Shown: positions 6,977-15,650, counted from the first letter of the stretch. The stretch is 32,000 nucleotides of DNA from Alphaproteobacteria bacterium (GCA_031549365.1 JAVBPX010000007.1:42303-74302); one strand, 5' to 3'. Program-made: numbers and translations. Notes: generated from the letters alone by a model not told the origin.

Positions 6977-8476
6977 ATGCCAAAAATTAAATGCGCGATA
7001 TATGTTCGTAAATCGACCGAGAAAGGTTTGGATATGGAATTTAATTCATTACATAACCAAGAAGATTCTTGCCGATCATACATCGCATCGCAATCATTCA
7101 ACAACTGGGAATATTACAAAACATACACTGATGGTGGAATATCTGGTGGCACCATGGAGCGCCCCGCATTACAACAAATGTTGAACGACATCGAACACGG
7201 ATTGATACAAATTGTGGTGGTTTACAAAGTCGACCGCCTGTCACGACCCATCATGGATTTTCATAATATGATAAAACGTTTTGAAAAATATAATTGTGAT
7301 TTTGTTTCAATTACCCAGGCTTTTGACACATCCTCATCAATGGGAAAACTGACGCTGAATATGTTATTGTCGTTTGCCCAATTCGAACGCGAAGTATCAT
7401 CGGAACGTGTCCGCGATAAAATCCGAGCCAGCAAAGCCAAAGGCCTGTGGACTGGCGGAATGCCAAAATTGGGATACGATATTATCAATCGTAAATTGGA
7501 AATAAATCTGGACGAAGCCGATCAGGTTAAATTCATATTTGAAACATATTTGATTGTTGGATCATTGTCTGAATTATCCGAAATTACCCGCGGCCGAAAT
7601 ATCACTATGAAAAAATGGACAACCCAAACCGGTCACATTATGGGTGGTGGAATATTTTCAACCAGTTCATTAAACCGATTATTGCACGAAAAATTATACA
7701 TTGGAAAAATTGAAAACAAACGCACAAAACAATTCTTTGACGGTCAACACGCGGCCATTATTTCGCCGGAATTGTTTGATGCTGTTCAACAAAAATTATC
7801 CGACCAAAATCGCCGAAAAACTGAAACCACTAAACAATCAAACAATTTATTATCTGGTAAAATATTCAATGCCAATGGTCGGGCATTCACCAACCAATCA
7901 ACAACGGGCAGTGATAAACGATATTACGCCAGTCCTGGGTTTTACATTCCCGCCCACGATGCCGAAAGAATTGCCACAGAAACCATTGTTGAATTATTGG
8001 ACGCAGACCTTTCAAAACTGCCGCCCAACACAGCGATGTCCATGAAGCAAATTGATTTCAACGGATTGGAATATTTACAGCAACGCGAATTAATCAAGTC
8101 GTTAATCGCCAAAATCATATATGCAAATAATCAAATGACATTCTTCATAAAGCCCGACCCCGCTGTAATCCGACAATTCGCAACCAACACAATCAATGAA
8201 AACAATACACCAATGGATTTCATCATCGACAACAATACAATCATTATAAAACGTGATATAGTCTTTATGAAAGGCATCAGCAGCAATAAGTATAATGCCG
8301 GTAAAACAGGAATGCTGACTATCACCGACAACAACCACCTTATCACCCGGGCATTCGTGATTGCTTGGCGATTCCGTAAAATATATGAAGAACATGGCGA
8401 CACGAAACTACTGGCTAAAATGGAAAAAACATCATTGCGAAATGTTTTTAAATATTTGAATATTGCATATCTGTAA
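6977..8476 (+). CDS. large serine recombinase
   Basis: N-terminal resolvase catalytic domain (..KCAIYVRKSTEKG.., ..VVYKVDRLSRP.., ..SFAQFEREVSSERVRDK..) followed by a recombinase domain. Start set at ATG 6977 with an AAGGGGG SD. Confidence 0.9.
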   Translation: MPKIKCAIYVRKSTEKGLDMEFNSLHNQEDSCRSYIASQSFNNWEYYKTYTDGGISGGTMERPALQQMLNDIEHGLIQIVVVYKVDRLSRPIMDFHNMIKRFEKYNCDFVSITQAFDTSSSMGKLTLNMLLSFAQFEREVSSERVRDKIRASKAKGLWTGGMPKLGYDIINRKLEINLDEADQVKFIFETYLIVGSLSELSEITRGRNITMKKWTTQTGHIMGGGIFSTSSLNRLLHEKLYIGKIENKRTKQFFDGQHAAIISPELFDAVQQKLSDQNRRKTETTKQSNNLLSGKIFNANGRAFTNQSTTGSDKRYYASPGFYIPAHDAERIATETIVELLDADLSKLPPNTAMSMKQIDFNGLEYLQQRELIKSLIAKIIYANNQMTFFIKPDPAVIRQFATNTINENNTPMDFIIDNNTIIIKRDIVFMKGISSNKYNAGKTGMLTITDNNHLITRAFVIAWRFRKIYEEHGDTKLLAKMEKTSLRNVFKYLNIAYL

Positions 8477-8533
8477 CCCGATAAAGTAAACGAAATCATG
8501 TCGGGCACAAAGTGTTACAGCCTTAACGATTTG

Positions 8534-8592
8534 TTCGAAATATCTACTCAATAATAAAACAGTGCACTGCCGAAAATGGGCATTGTATGTAA
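8534..8592 (+). repeat. 59-bp direct repeat, copy 1
   Basis: TTCGAAATATCTACTCAATAATAAAACAGTGCACTGCCGAAAATGGGCATTGTATGTAA. It matches 10101-10159 at 57 of 59 positions. It contains the palindrome CAGTGCACTG. Confidence 0.9.
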
Positions 8593-8693
8593 CATGGTTA
8601 AAATCATCGACAATCAGGCAAAACCGCACATACGCAGTTCACTATACGAAAATAAAGGAGATAAAAATGGCTGAAACCTGCCACAACAAAAAA

Positions 8694-8714
8694 AGATACT
8701 CAAACTGAGTATCT
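8694..8714. terminator. bidirectional rho-independent terminator-like hairpin
   Basis: AGATACTCA-aac-TGAGTATCT forms a 9-bp perfect stem flanked by an A-run (8687-8693) and a T-run (8714-8718). Confidence 0.6.
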
Positions 8715-8727
8715 TTTTAATAAAACC

Positions 8728-8751
8728 TGGCGGAGGAGAAGGGATTTGAAC
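8728..8751 (-). other. tRNA-like 3' fragment (T-loop, acceptor 3' strand, CCA)
   Basis: The minus strand reads GTTCAAATCCCTTCTCCTCCGCCA. No matching 5' acceptor strand (GGAGGAG) exists upstream. Removing the 8 nt TATCGCTA would restore a T-arm (AAGGG-TTCAAAT-CCCTT). Confidence 0.5.
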
Positions 8752-8890
8752 TAGCGATACCTTCGCTAGTTTTTGTCGCTTTTGTGGCGACAAACGTGGC
8801 TGAACGTCGAGGTTCCATGGGTTTTGCCCATAACCTGCCACAGAATTTCAATCCCTCACAAAAGCCAACATTGTGGCAATACCAGGCGTC

Positions 8891-9316
8891 TTAAATATGC
8901 ACGATTTCGATATCTGGAAAATGTGTTGCCAAATATTCCGCAATCAAACGGCGATGGCATTTATCGGCGGTCTTTTCAGAACACAAAAAACACGCACCAT
9001 CCAAATCATCGGGTTTAAATAAATTCTCGACTTTTCGCGTCGCCAAAATTCCATTAAAAGTCTGTTCGTATTCTGGCCAACCGATTTCGTCGTCTTTATA
9101 GTCTGACAACAGTTCTTTGGTCGGAGCCAGTTCCGGCATATAACAATATTTATCGCCCAATAATTTTTGCAAATTTGCGCCACTTGCCCATGGCACAAAT
9201 CGTGCCACCCGCCACATCCGAATATCAATCAATTTTTTGACGCGCACGGCATCCAGGATATCTGTAAAAATATCCTGACTTTTGCCACTGAAACCGATTG
9301 TATAAATCTTTGTCAT
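8891..9316 (-). CDS. DUF488 family protein
   Basis: IYTIGFSGKS...LIDIR...CFLCSEKTADKCHRRLIAEYL matches the DUF488 pattern as I recall it. Start set at ATG 9316 (MTKIYTIG), 1 nt after the upstream gene's stop. Confidence 0.7.
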   Translation of the reverse strand: MTKIYTIGFSGKSQDIFTDILDAVRVKKLIDIRMWRVARFVPWASGANLQKLLGDKYCYMPELAPTKELLSDYKDDEIGWPEYEQTFNGILATRKVENLFKPDDLDGACFLCSEKTADKCHRRLIAEYLATHFPDIEIVHI

Positions 9317-9317
9317 A

Positions 9318-9965
9318 TTAGTACAAGAATATGCCATTCAGCATCAAATAACAATGGTTTTCTTGCATTAAAAATGGTCGCGCCAGACCAATACGACAAT
9401 GTGCAAATTGTGATGCGGCAACCACTTCGTTCAATTTTTCAACATCATTGGTTTTATCAAAAATATCGCGGATGAATTTACAGCTGACTTTCAAATTATA
9501 TTCTTTTTTTGAATAATCTGTAACCTTGGCGCGTAATTTCCCATTTTCGGTATGAAACTCAACATTTGCAGACGGGATCAAAATTGCACCCAAAGACGCA
9601 CATTTTGTCTGCTTTGGCACATATGAATTTTCTTTTACTTTGTGATTAAAAATACTCTGAATGTCCTTGGATACACTGTCGCGCAACAAGTTGGCGATTT
9701 TCTTACCCGGTTCAAAAACCTCCTGTACTTTGATTGATTCAAATTCAATATCCACATCTTCGGTTCGATGAGGATAGTCACGCGGTTCTTTAAATAGCTC
9801 ATTATTCACAATGATTGATGAATATTGTGGCAACTGGTCTGCTTCCCATTATTTACCATCAATCATCAGCCGCTTCATCAGTCGTTCGTGCGTATCCCAA
9901 CCAGCCACACAAAATTTATCTTTCATACATGTAATGTCCGAGATAATAATATTTGATTTTATCAT
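9318..9965 (-). pseudogene. hypothetical gene interrupted by an in-frame TAA
   Basis: ATG 9965 with an AAGGAG SD opens a 38-codon frame (MIKSNIIISDITCMKDKFCVAGWDTHERLMKRLMIDGK). It stops at TAA (9851-9849). The same frame continues into track ORF 9318..9833 (9965 minus 9833 is 132, or 44 codons). Confidence 0.6.
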
Positions 9966-9992
9966 AATAACTCCTTTATCAAATAAAAAAAA

Positions 9993-10016
9993 AGCCCTGC
10001 CAGAAATAGCAGGACT
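9993..10016 (-). terminator. rho-independent terminator-like hairpin downstream of tRNA-Ser
   Basis: AGCCCTGC/GCAGGACT stem with 1 mismatch, followed on the minus strand by a run of 9 T. Confidence 0.45.
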
Positions 10017-10100
10017 AAAATTAAAAAAAGACGGATAAAATCCGCCTAAACATGTCCCATATTATATCATAAATCGTCAAAAAAATCAATCATAAATTTC

Positions 10101-10159
10101 TTCGAAATATCTACTCAATAATAAAACAGTGCACTGCCGAAATAGGGCATTGTATGTAA
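10101..10159 (+). repeat. 59-bp direct repeat, copy 2
   Basis: Matches 8534-8592 at 57 of 59 positions (AAATAGGG versus AAAATGGG). A partial echo, CGAAATATCTA...CCGGCAG...TTACATAC, follows at 10163-10201. Confidence 0.9.
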
Positions 10160-10305
10160 AGATCGAAATATCTAGGTGTTCCGGCAGATAAAATTACATA
10201 CCATTGCAATAACCTTAAAAACGCATCAAAAAAATCCCCGGATTCCGGGGATAATTCAAGGGTTATCGACTTTGTTAAAAATTGCAGTAAAATCAACAAC
10301 TTATC

Positions 10306-10395
10306 TGGCGGAGAGAGGGGGATTCGAACCCCCGATACCGTTGCCAGTATACACGCTTTCCAAGCGGGCGCGATCAACCACTCTGCCACCTCTCC
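10306..10395 (-). tRNA. tRNA-Ser (anticodon GGA)
   Basis: Folded by hand: acceptor GGAGAGG/TCTCTCC, anticodon loop TTGGAAA, long variable arm (ATAC..GTAT), T-arm GGGGG-TTCGAAT-CCCCC, discriminator G, and an encoded CCA. Confidence 0.9.
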
Positions 10396-10463
10396 GGATT
10401 TCTGGGATTACTATAACCACAAAACTCTAAACTTTCAAGCATAAAATCCATCCATTAAAAAAC

Positions 10464-10497
10464 AAAAAGCCCCAGGACAAATCCAAGGGGCTTTTTT
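10464..10497. terminator. bidirectional rho-independent terminator
   Basis: AAAAAGCCCC-aggacaaatccaa-GGGGCTTTTTT, downstream of the OMP gene on the minus strand. Confidence 0.7.
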
Positions 10498-10518
10498 ACA
10501 AGACCCGTTTCTAAAAGC

Positions 10519-11244
10519 TTAGAAATCAATTCCCATTTTAACACCAAATGACAATTGGTCTACGTCCAAATCCATCATTTCCGGAGCATACCCAACATAA
10601 CCAAACATTGTCATATTTTGGTTAAACATATATGTTGCGCCAGCACGAAAGTCCATAACTGCTGCATCGTCAGACACATCATCTTCCCCGAACATGTTGT
10701 ATTCAATTTCACCCTTTACGCCAACTTTATCAGATGTTTTAATCATCAATTCGCCCAAGATTTTGTAATCCCAGCGCCCGCCATTAACATCAACATAACG
10801 TGCGGCACCAGTTAATCCCCATGACAAATCTGTTCCACCATAGATTTTCGCTCCAAAGGTTCCTTCTTGTTCTTCGCTATCTTGGAATCCGATTCCCCAC
10901 ATACCAAATACATTCAATCCGAACTCTTCGGTATTAACTAAACGGTAATCCAATCCGACTGTTGGCGTTGCTTCTGAACCACCAAAACGGAAATAATCAG
11001 ATGTTGAAAAAGTTACTGACAAATCGTTTGTAATACCATATGCGCCATAAACATCCGTCATCCAATCATCCGCTTGACGTCCGTTGATATCGCCCAAGAA
11101 TTCTTCATTTTGAACAACATATTTTGTATCAACAACAACGTTGAAATGATTTTCAGCTGGACGGTATGTTGGCATCATTGTATTCGCAGCCATTGCAGAT
11201 GTCGCCATCAAAGCAAAAACTGAAGTTAACAATATTTTTTTCAT
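10519..11244 (-). CDS. outer membrane beta-barrel protein
   Basis: Signal peptide MKKILLTSVFALMATSAMA, alternating beta-strand-like pattern, and a C-terminal ..GVKMGIDF ending in Phe. Start set at ATG 11244 with a GGAGAAAGGA SD. Confidence 0.7.
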   Translation of the reverse strand: MKKILLTSVFALMATSAMAANTMMPTYRPAENHFNVVVDTKYVVQNEEFLGDINGRQADDWMTDVYGAYGITNDLSVTFSTSDYFRFGGSEATPTVGLDYRLVNTEEFGLNVFGMWGIGFQDSEEQEGTFGAKIYGGTDLSWGLTGAARYVDVNGGRWDYKILGELMIKTSDKVGVKGEIEYNMFGEDDVSDDAAVMDFRAGATYMFNQNMTMFGYVGYAPEMMDLDVDQLSFGVKMGIDF

Positions 11245-11398
11245 TCCTTTCTCCTTGTTTTTTATTACATAGCTATTGCTACATAACGAATCGTTGCACA
11301 CATCAACAACAAAAGTCAACGGGTAAAAAATCCCATTGCTTTATGGTAAAATTAGATTATAATTTCATTCCACAAAAAGAATTATGAGGGAAATAAAA

Positions 11399-12292
11399 AT
11401 GTCATTTAAATCAGCATTGGAACCCGTTGTGCGCGACGTAAATTCTGCACTTGATAACTATCTAATAATTCCGAACAAACCATTTGATTTAATATATCAC
11501 GCAACTCGATACAGCGTCCTTGACGCAGGAAAAAGATTACGCGCATTTATGACTGTTGAATCTGGGAAATTATTTAACGTTTCATACGATTCCTGTATAC
11601 GTGCTGGCGCCACAATTGAAATGGTCCACGCATTTTCTTTAATACACGATGACTTGCCCGCATTGGATAACGATGACATACGCCGAGGCAAACCATCATC
11701 ACATAAAAAGTGGGGCGAATCGACTGCAATCCTCGCTGGCGACGCTTTGTTGAATCAGGCTTTCTATATTTTATCCTCTGACGAAAAAATATCGCCAAAC
11801 CCGGCAACCCGCCTGGAACTTGTTCGTGTACTTTCCGAATGCACAGGCATGATGGGAATGATATCCGGCGAATTAATGGATTTAATGGCCGAAGATGGCA
11901 AATCGTTCCAAACCATTGCCGATGTCGACATGATTCAATTTTATAAAACCGGACAAATCTTTACATCCACTTTGCTGTTTGGCGCGACACTTGGCAACGC
12001 AACGGATCAGCAAAAAAACGCATTAAAAACTTATGCTCGTACATTCGGTCTGGCGTTTCAAATTACCGATGATATTTTGGATGTCGAAGGCGACCCAGAA
12101 CTAGTTGGCAAAACTTTGCACAAAGACGCAAAATCCGGCAAAGCCACATACATATCAATCATGGGCTTGGAACCTGCCCGCAATACTGCAAAAAAATTAA
12201 TTGACGACGCAATAAACGCTCTATCAATTTTTGATGAACGTGCGGATAATTTACGTGAATTGGCAAAATATACTCTAACTCGGAAATCATAA
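11399..12292 (+). CDS. ispA: polyprenyl (farnesyl/geranylgeranyl) diphosphate synthase
   Basis: First Asp-rich motif DDLPALDNDDIRRG and second motif DDILD. Start at ATG 11399 with a GAGGGA SD; an alternative ATG lies at 11384. Confidence 0.85.
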   Translation: MSFKSALEPVVRDVNSALDNYLIIPNKPFDLIYHATRYSVLDAGKRLRAFMTVESGKLFNVSYDSCIRAGATIEMVHAFSLIHDDLPALDNDDIRRGKPSSHKKWGESTAILAGDALLNQAFYILSSDEKISPNPATRLELVRVLSECTGMMGMISGELMDLMAEDGKSFQTIADVDMIQFYKTGQIFTSTLLFGATLGNATDQQKNALKTYARTFGLAFQITDDILDVEGDPELVGKTLHKDAKSGKATYISIMGLEPARNTAKKLIDDAINALSIFDERADNLRELAKYTLTRKS

Positions 12293-12294
12293 TC

Positions 12295-12852
12295 ATGGCG
12301 GAAAAAATTGATGTATTAAATTCATTCGGCGAAAAAACATGGGACATCCTCGATCGCGACACAATACACAAACTTGGCAAATGGCATCGGGGCATTCGCG
12401 TTTTTATTTTAAATGATAAAAACCAAGTTTTGTTACAACAACGCTCGGCAAACAAAGAGAGCTATCCAAACATATGGGACCTATCTGCGGCGGGTCACGT
12501 TGAATCTGGATCAACATCCATCGATACTGCAATCCGCGAAGTATCCGAAGAATTGGGCCTCACAATAACTCGCGATGAATTAAATTATTTGGGCACACAT
12601 ACAGACTCGGATAATATCTCGGAAAATTTCATAGGTAACGCATTTTATGATATTTTCTTTGTTCAAAAAAATGTTGATATAACTACTTTAACATTACAGC
12701 CAGACGAAGTATCAAATGTCAAATGGCTACCATTTTCTGAATTGGTTGACCTTGTTAATTCTGATCACCCAGAATACATAATTGATCTTATTGAAATTGC
12801 CATGCTTTCAAAAAAATTAAATTATGCTTCAACCCGCCCCACCTGCGAATAA
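12295..12852 (+). CDS. Nudix hydrolase, isopentenyl-diphosphate isomerase (IDI type 1)-like
   Basis: Nudix box GHVESGSTSIDTAIREVSEELGL and an IDI-like N-terminus (..WHRGIRVFILNDKNQVLLQQRS..). The position of the IDI catalytic Cys reads Ala (WDLSAAGH). Confidence 0.7.
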   Translation: MAEKIDVLNSFGEKTWDILDRDTIHKLGKWHRGIRVFILNDKNQVLLQQRSANKESYPNIWDLSAAGHVESGSTSIDTAIREVSEELGLTITRDELNYLGTHTDSDNISENFIGNAFYDIFFVQKNVDITTLTLQPDEVSNVKWLPFSELVDLVNSDHPEYIIDLIEIAMLSKKLNYASTRPTCE

Positions 12853-12862
12853 AATAAAAAAT

Positions 12863-12882
12863 GCCCCGACATATGCCGGGGC
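12863..12882. terminator. hairpin between convergent genes
   Basis: GCCCCG-acatatgc-CGGGGC. A T-rich tract follows on the minus strand. Confidence 0.5.
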
Positions 12883-12899
12883 TACAATTATCCCTTATA

Positions 12900-13277
12900 C
12901 TACTTAAAATTTTGAACCTTTTTCTTGACAGCATCCGACACAACACTGGAAGCTCCTGTTTCATTTTTAATAGCCTCCATCAATATTTCTTTATCCTTAT
13001 TATTACCAATTGATGAATATACTGAATAAAAATCATCAAAATTAAAATCTTTAACCGATATTTTTAAAATCTCGATATAATTATTTTCTTCCAATAAACG
13101 TATCAATAACTCAATATTTTCATCCATAAATTTATAACTGACACCAGCATACACAGCCAACGTTTTCATATCTGCGCGATCAAGAGCATCTTCTAAACGT
13201 TTTTGCTGCTCTAAATGCTTTACAGCTTTTTTTAAACGTCTTCTTCCAAAAATTGATAACATCACCATATCTAGCAT
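12900..13277 (-). CDS. hypothetical protein
   Basis: 125-aa ORF with no overlapping alternative and no recognisable motif. Confidence 0.4.
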   Translation of the reverse strand: MLDMVMLSIFGRRRLKKAVKHLEQQKRLEDALDRADMKTLAVYAGVSYKFMDENIELLIRLLEENNYIEILKISVKDFNFDDFYSVYSSIGNNKDKEILMEAIKNETGASSVVSDAVKKKVQNFK

Positions 13278-13412
13278 TTACCTCATAAAGCCATTATATC
13301 ATACATACTATCTCCAAAACAAATATTTCCATTCATTGTGAAAAAATCCCCAAATTTGCTTTAATTTTTGCAACATGATATAATTCGTTAAAATAAACAA
13401 CGGAAATACGCA

Positions 13413-14063
13413 ATGATAAAAAACAATCCACTCCGCCACGCACTAATCCTCAGCCTGCCCTATCTAATCGCCATAATGGTCGCAGTAATATTATTTATAA
13501 TATCTGACCTCTACATTGAACATCCTGGCATAAACAACATGTTCATCAGTGTGGCCTCCACCCTGATCGGTGTTCCGACGGTGTTTTTATGCTATGACAT
13601 CATCCGGCACTTTACAACAATGGATCTGCGTCGTTCTTTGTTTAATCATTTTTCATTGGAAATGAACAAATCGATCCATGAAATTTTATTAACATTTCAA
13701 CGAATGCTCCGAAAATCAAGCGGCAAAACAGATGAACTCTATATCTTAAAATCATTAAACAAATCGGAAATCCAAAAACGCTTACGCATAAATGATTTGG
13801 ACGTAAAAACATTGCATAATCAATCGATACACTTAAATTCTATCATACACGGCAACGCATACCGCTCGGCCCTATCGCGCGAAGAAATGCTAATGCTCGT
13901 AAACTTTTCGCGTACATTAAATGCGTTGATCCACGAAATGACTTTGAACGATAACAAACATCGCAACCTGGACGTAATCGCCACATTAATGATTGAATTA
14001 TTGAACATGATGGACGAACTCTCTGGCCTGGGCGAAACCGAAGGCCTCATCGAAATAAACTAA
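13413..14063 (+). CDS. hypothetical membrane protein
   Basis: Two N-terminal hydrophobic segments (LILSLPYLIAIMVAVILFII; FISVASTLIGVPTVFLCY) followed by a helical-looking region. No family recognised. Confidence 0.45.
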   Translation: MIKNNPLRHALILSLPYLIAIMVAVILFIISDLYIEHPGINNMFISVASTLIGVPTVFLCYDIIRHFTTMDLRRSLFNHFSLEMNKSIHEILLTFQRMLRKSSGKTDELYILKSLNKSEIQKRLRINDLDVKTLHNQSIHLNSIIHGNAYRSALSREEMLMLVNFSRTLNALIHEMTLNDNKHRNLDVIATLMIELLNMMDELSGLGETEGLIEIN

Positions 14064-14223
14064 AACCAAACAACAAAACACCTATCCTAAAAATCGTTCA
14101 TATACCTAAAACAAAAAAACAATGGTTTCAAACTAAAAAATCGCGTCCGAATGTGGAATAAAATAAATAGTAAATATTTATTTTATGGAACAGAAACAAC
14201 AAATTTTTAATTTGTATGTTTCG

Positions 14224-14341
14224 CCGTTTGAATGGAAAAATTTATCGTTTTTCAAGGCCCGCTGTGTATATAAACATACATGACCGAGCCCAGGTCCGAA
14301 AAAATCATCAGCCACAGGATCCCCAATAATTTTTCCCACGG
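14224..14341 (+). repeat. nested palindromic element, degenerate copy D
   Basis: Apex TGTAT-ATAAAC-ATACA (14265-14280). The flanking arms GGAAAAATTTAT.../...AATAATTTTTCC are imperfectly complementary. Confidence 0.45.
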
Positions 14342-14343
14342 TT

Positions 14344-14470
14344 AAATCGTTTCAAAATGCGATGATTGGGTGAATTGCCGAAGTTTTTTGACGCGACGGA
14401 GCATATATAGACATATGTGACCCGCGCAAAAAACTAGCAATGCGCCCAAGGGCGCATTTTCAAACGATTT
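14344..14470 (+). repeat. nested palindromic element, copy C (127 bp)
   Basis: Terminal inverted repeats AAATCGTTTCAAAATGCG and CGCATTTTCAAACGATTT. Apex CATAT-ATAGAC-ATATG. The right end contains the last 3 codons and the stop of virB11. Confidence 0.8.
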
Positions 14471-15419
14471 CTGTAACGGCGCGCAACGCCCCATCCCTGG
14501 CCAACTGCACCACATGAATCTTTTTCTTCATTTCGGCCATTAATTCGGATCTGTTTAAACTCGGCTTGGTATGCAAAATTCTGTCTGCAAATGCGGCATA
14601 TGCTGCCTCGGCTGATTCTGCATGAATGGTTGTATAAAAATGATCATGACCTGTGCCCATCATTTCCCACAAAATCCCGGCATTATCTGTCGAAATTTCA
14701 CCACCGATGATCACATCTGGGGTCATACGCACAACCAAATCCAATAATTTTGCATAATTAAAATTATTGTTTTGTTCGGTACGTGATAAAATAAAATGAA
14801 CCCGGTTTTCTTGCGGCACTTTAACCTCACGCGCATCTTCAACTGTAATAACGCGCAAATTTCTGTCCAACAAAGTCAACAAATGATTTAAAAACGTGGT
14901 TTTACCGGTGGACGTAGCCCCAGAAATCAAAATCGGCGACCCATCGTTAATGGCCGCCATCAAACGTTCATACGGATCATCTGGTCGAACCTTGCCGCGC
15001 TTTTTAATTGACTTCAAAGCCTCGCCTTTTTTCAAATGATAATTTTCAAAAGATGTATCTTTCGCCATAGTCCCACGAATATTTAACGCAACACCACCCG
15101 TAACATCATTATCGTCATACATAACATTTGGTCCCGCAATCCCAGTAAATCTGTGATTCCCGGGTAACGTAGCATAAACAACCGGATTCCCATGAATCGG
15201 ATCAAACGGACGTTCGTAAATATTTGCAACTGTATGAATTAAATCGACCAAATATTGCTTTGATAACTTGTCGGACATATGACGCACCCACGGAACTTTT
15301 GTTCCATGCAAACGCATCCAAACCTCGCCCGCCCGATTAATTGCGATTTCCTCGACAAATTCAGGCTCAAAAAACTCGGCCAACGGTTTTATCAAAGTAT
15401 CTAAAACAATATCCGCCAT
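14460..15419 (-). CDS. virB11: type IV secretion ATPase VirB11
   Basis: Walker A GATSTGKTT, ..VITVEDAREV.., ..MTPDVIIGGEI.., and ..GTGHDHFYTTIHAES.. typical of VirB11/TrbB. Start set at ATG 15419 (MADIVLD). Confidence 0.85.
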   Translation of the reverse strand: MADIVLDTLIKPLAEFFEPEFVEEIAINRAGEVWMRLHGTKVPWVRHMSDKLSKQYLVDLIHTVANIYERPFDPIHGNPVVYATLPGNHRFTGIAGPNVMYDDNDVTGGVALNIRGTMAKDTSFENYHLKKGEALKSIKKRGKVRPDDPYERLMAAINDGSPILISGATSTGKTTFLNHLLTLLDRNLRVITVEDAREVKVPQENRVHFILSRTEQNNNFNYAKLLDLVVRMTPDVIIGGEISTDNAGILWEMMGTGHDHFYTTIHAESAEAAYAAFADRILHTKPSLNRSELMAEMKKKIHVVQLARDGALRAVTEIV

Positions 15420-15650
15420 AAAAATCCTCTCTCTGGCATATTTTACCACACCCTAATAAAAAACACAAAAGATAAAAATACCCAAAGGCACGCCACAACT
15501 CCATAATCGCGTCAGAATCTAACAGTCATAATTAATTCAGACAACATTCACACTGTATAAAAACATTCAAAATGTGTCGAATGAGCGTGTTTACGAAGTT
15601 TTTTCAGCGGGAGGAGCGTATACAGACAGACATACCCCTAAAAAACGAGA

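Noticed and set aside
8690-8890. tmRNA (ssrA), including the permuted two-piece alphaproteobacterial form, as an explanation for the tRNA-like 3' end
   Set aside because: No GGAGGAG-type 5' acceptor strand lies on either side. No tag-like reading frame ending in ..AA-stop was found. The region between the DUF488 stop and the terminator is too short for a one-piece tmRNA. ARAGORN should still be run.
8534-10159. The 59-bp direct repeats as attL/attR produced by the adjacent large serine recombinase
   Set aside because: Large serine recombinase att sites share only a short crossover dinucleotide, so attL and attR are not long direct repeats. The repeats are kept as a finding but are not attributed to this enzyme.
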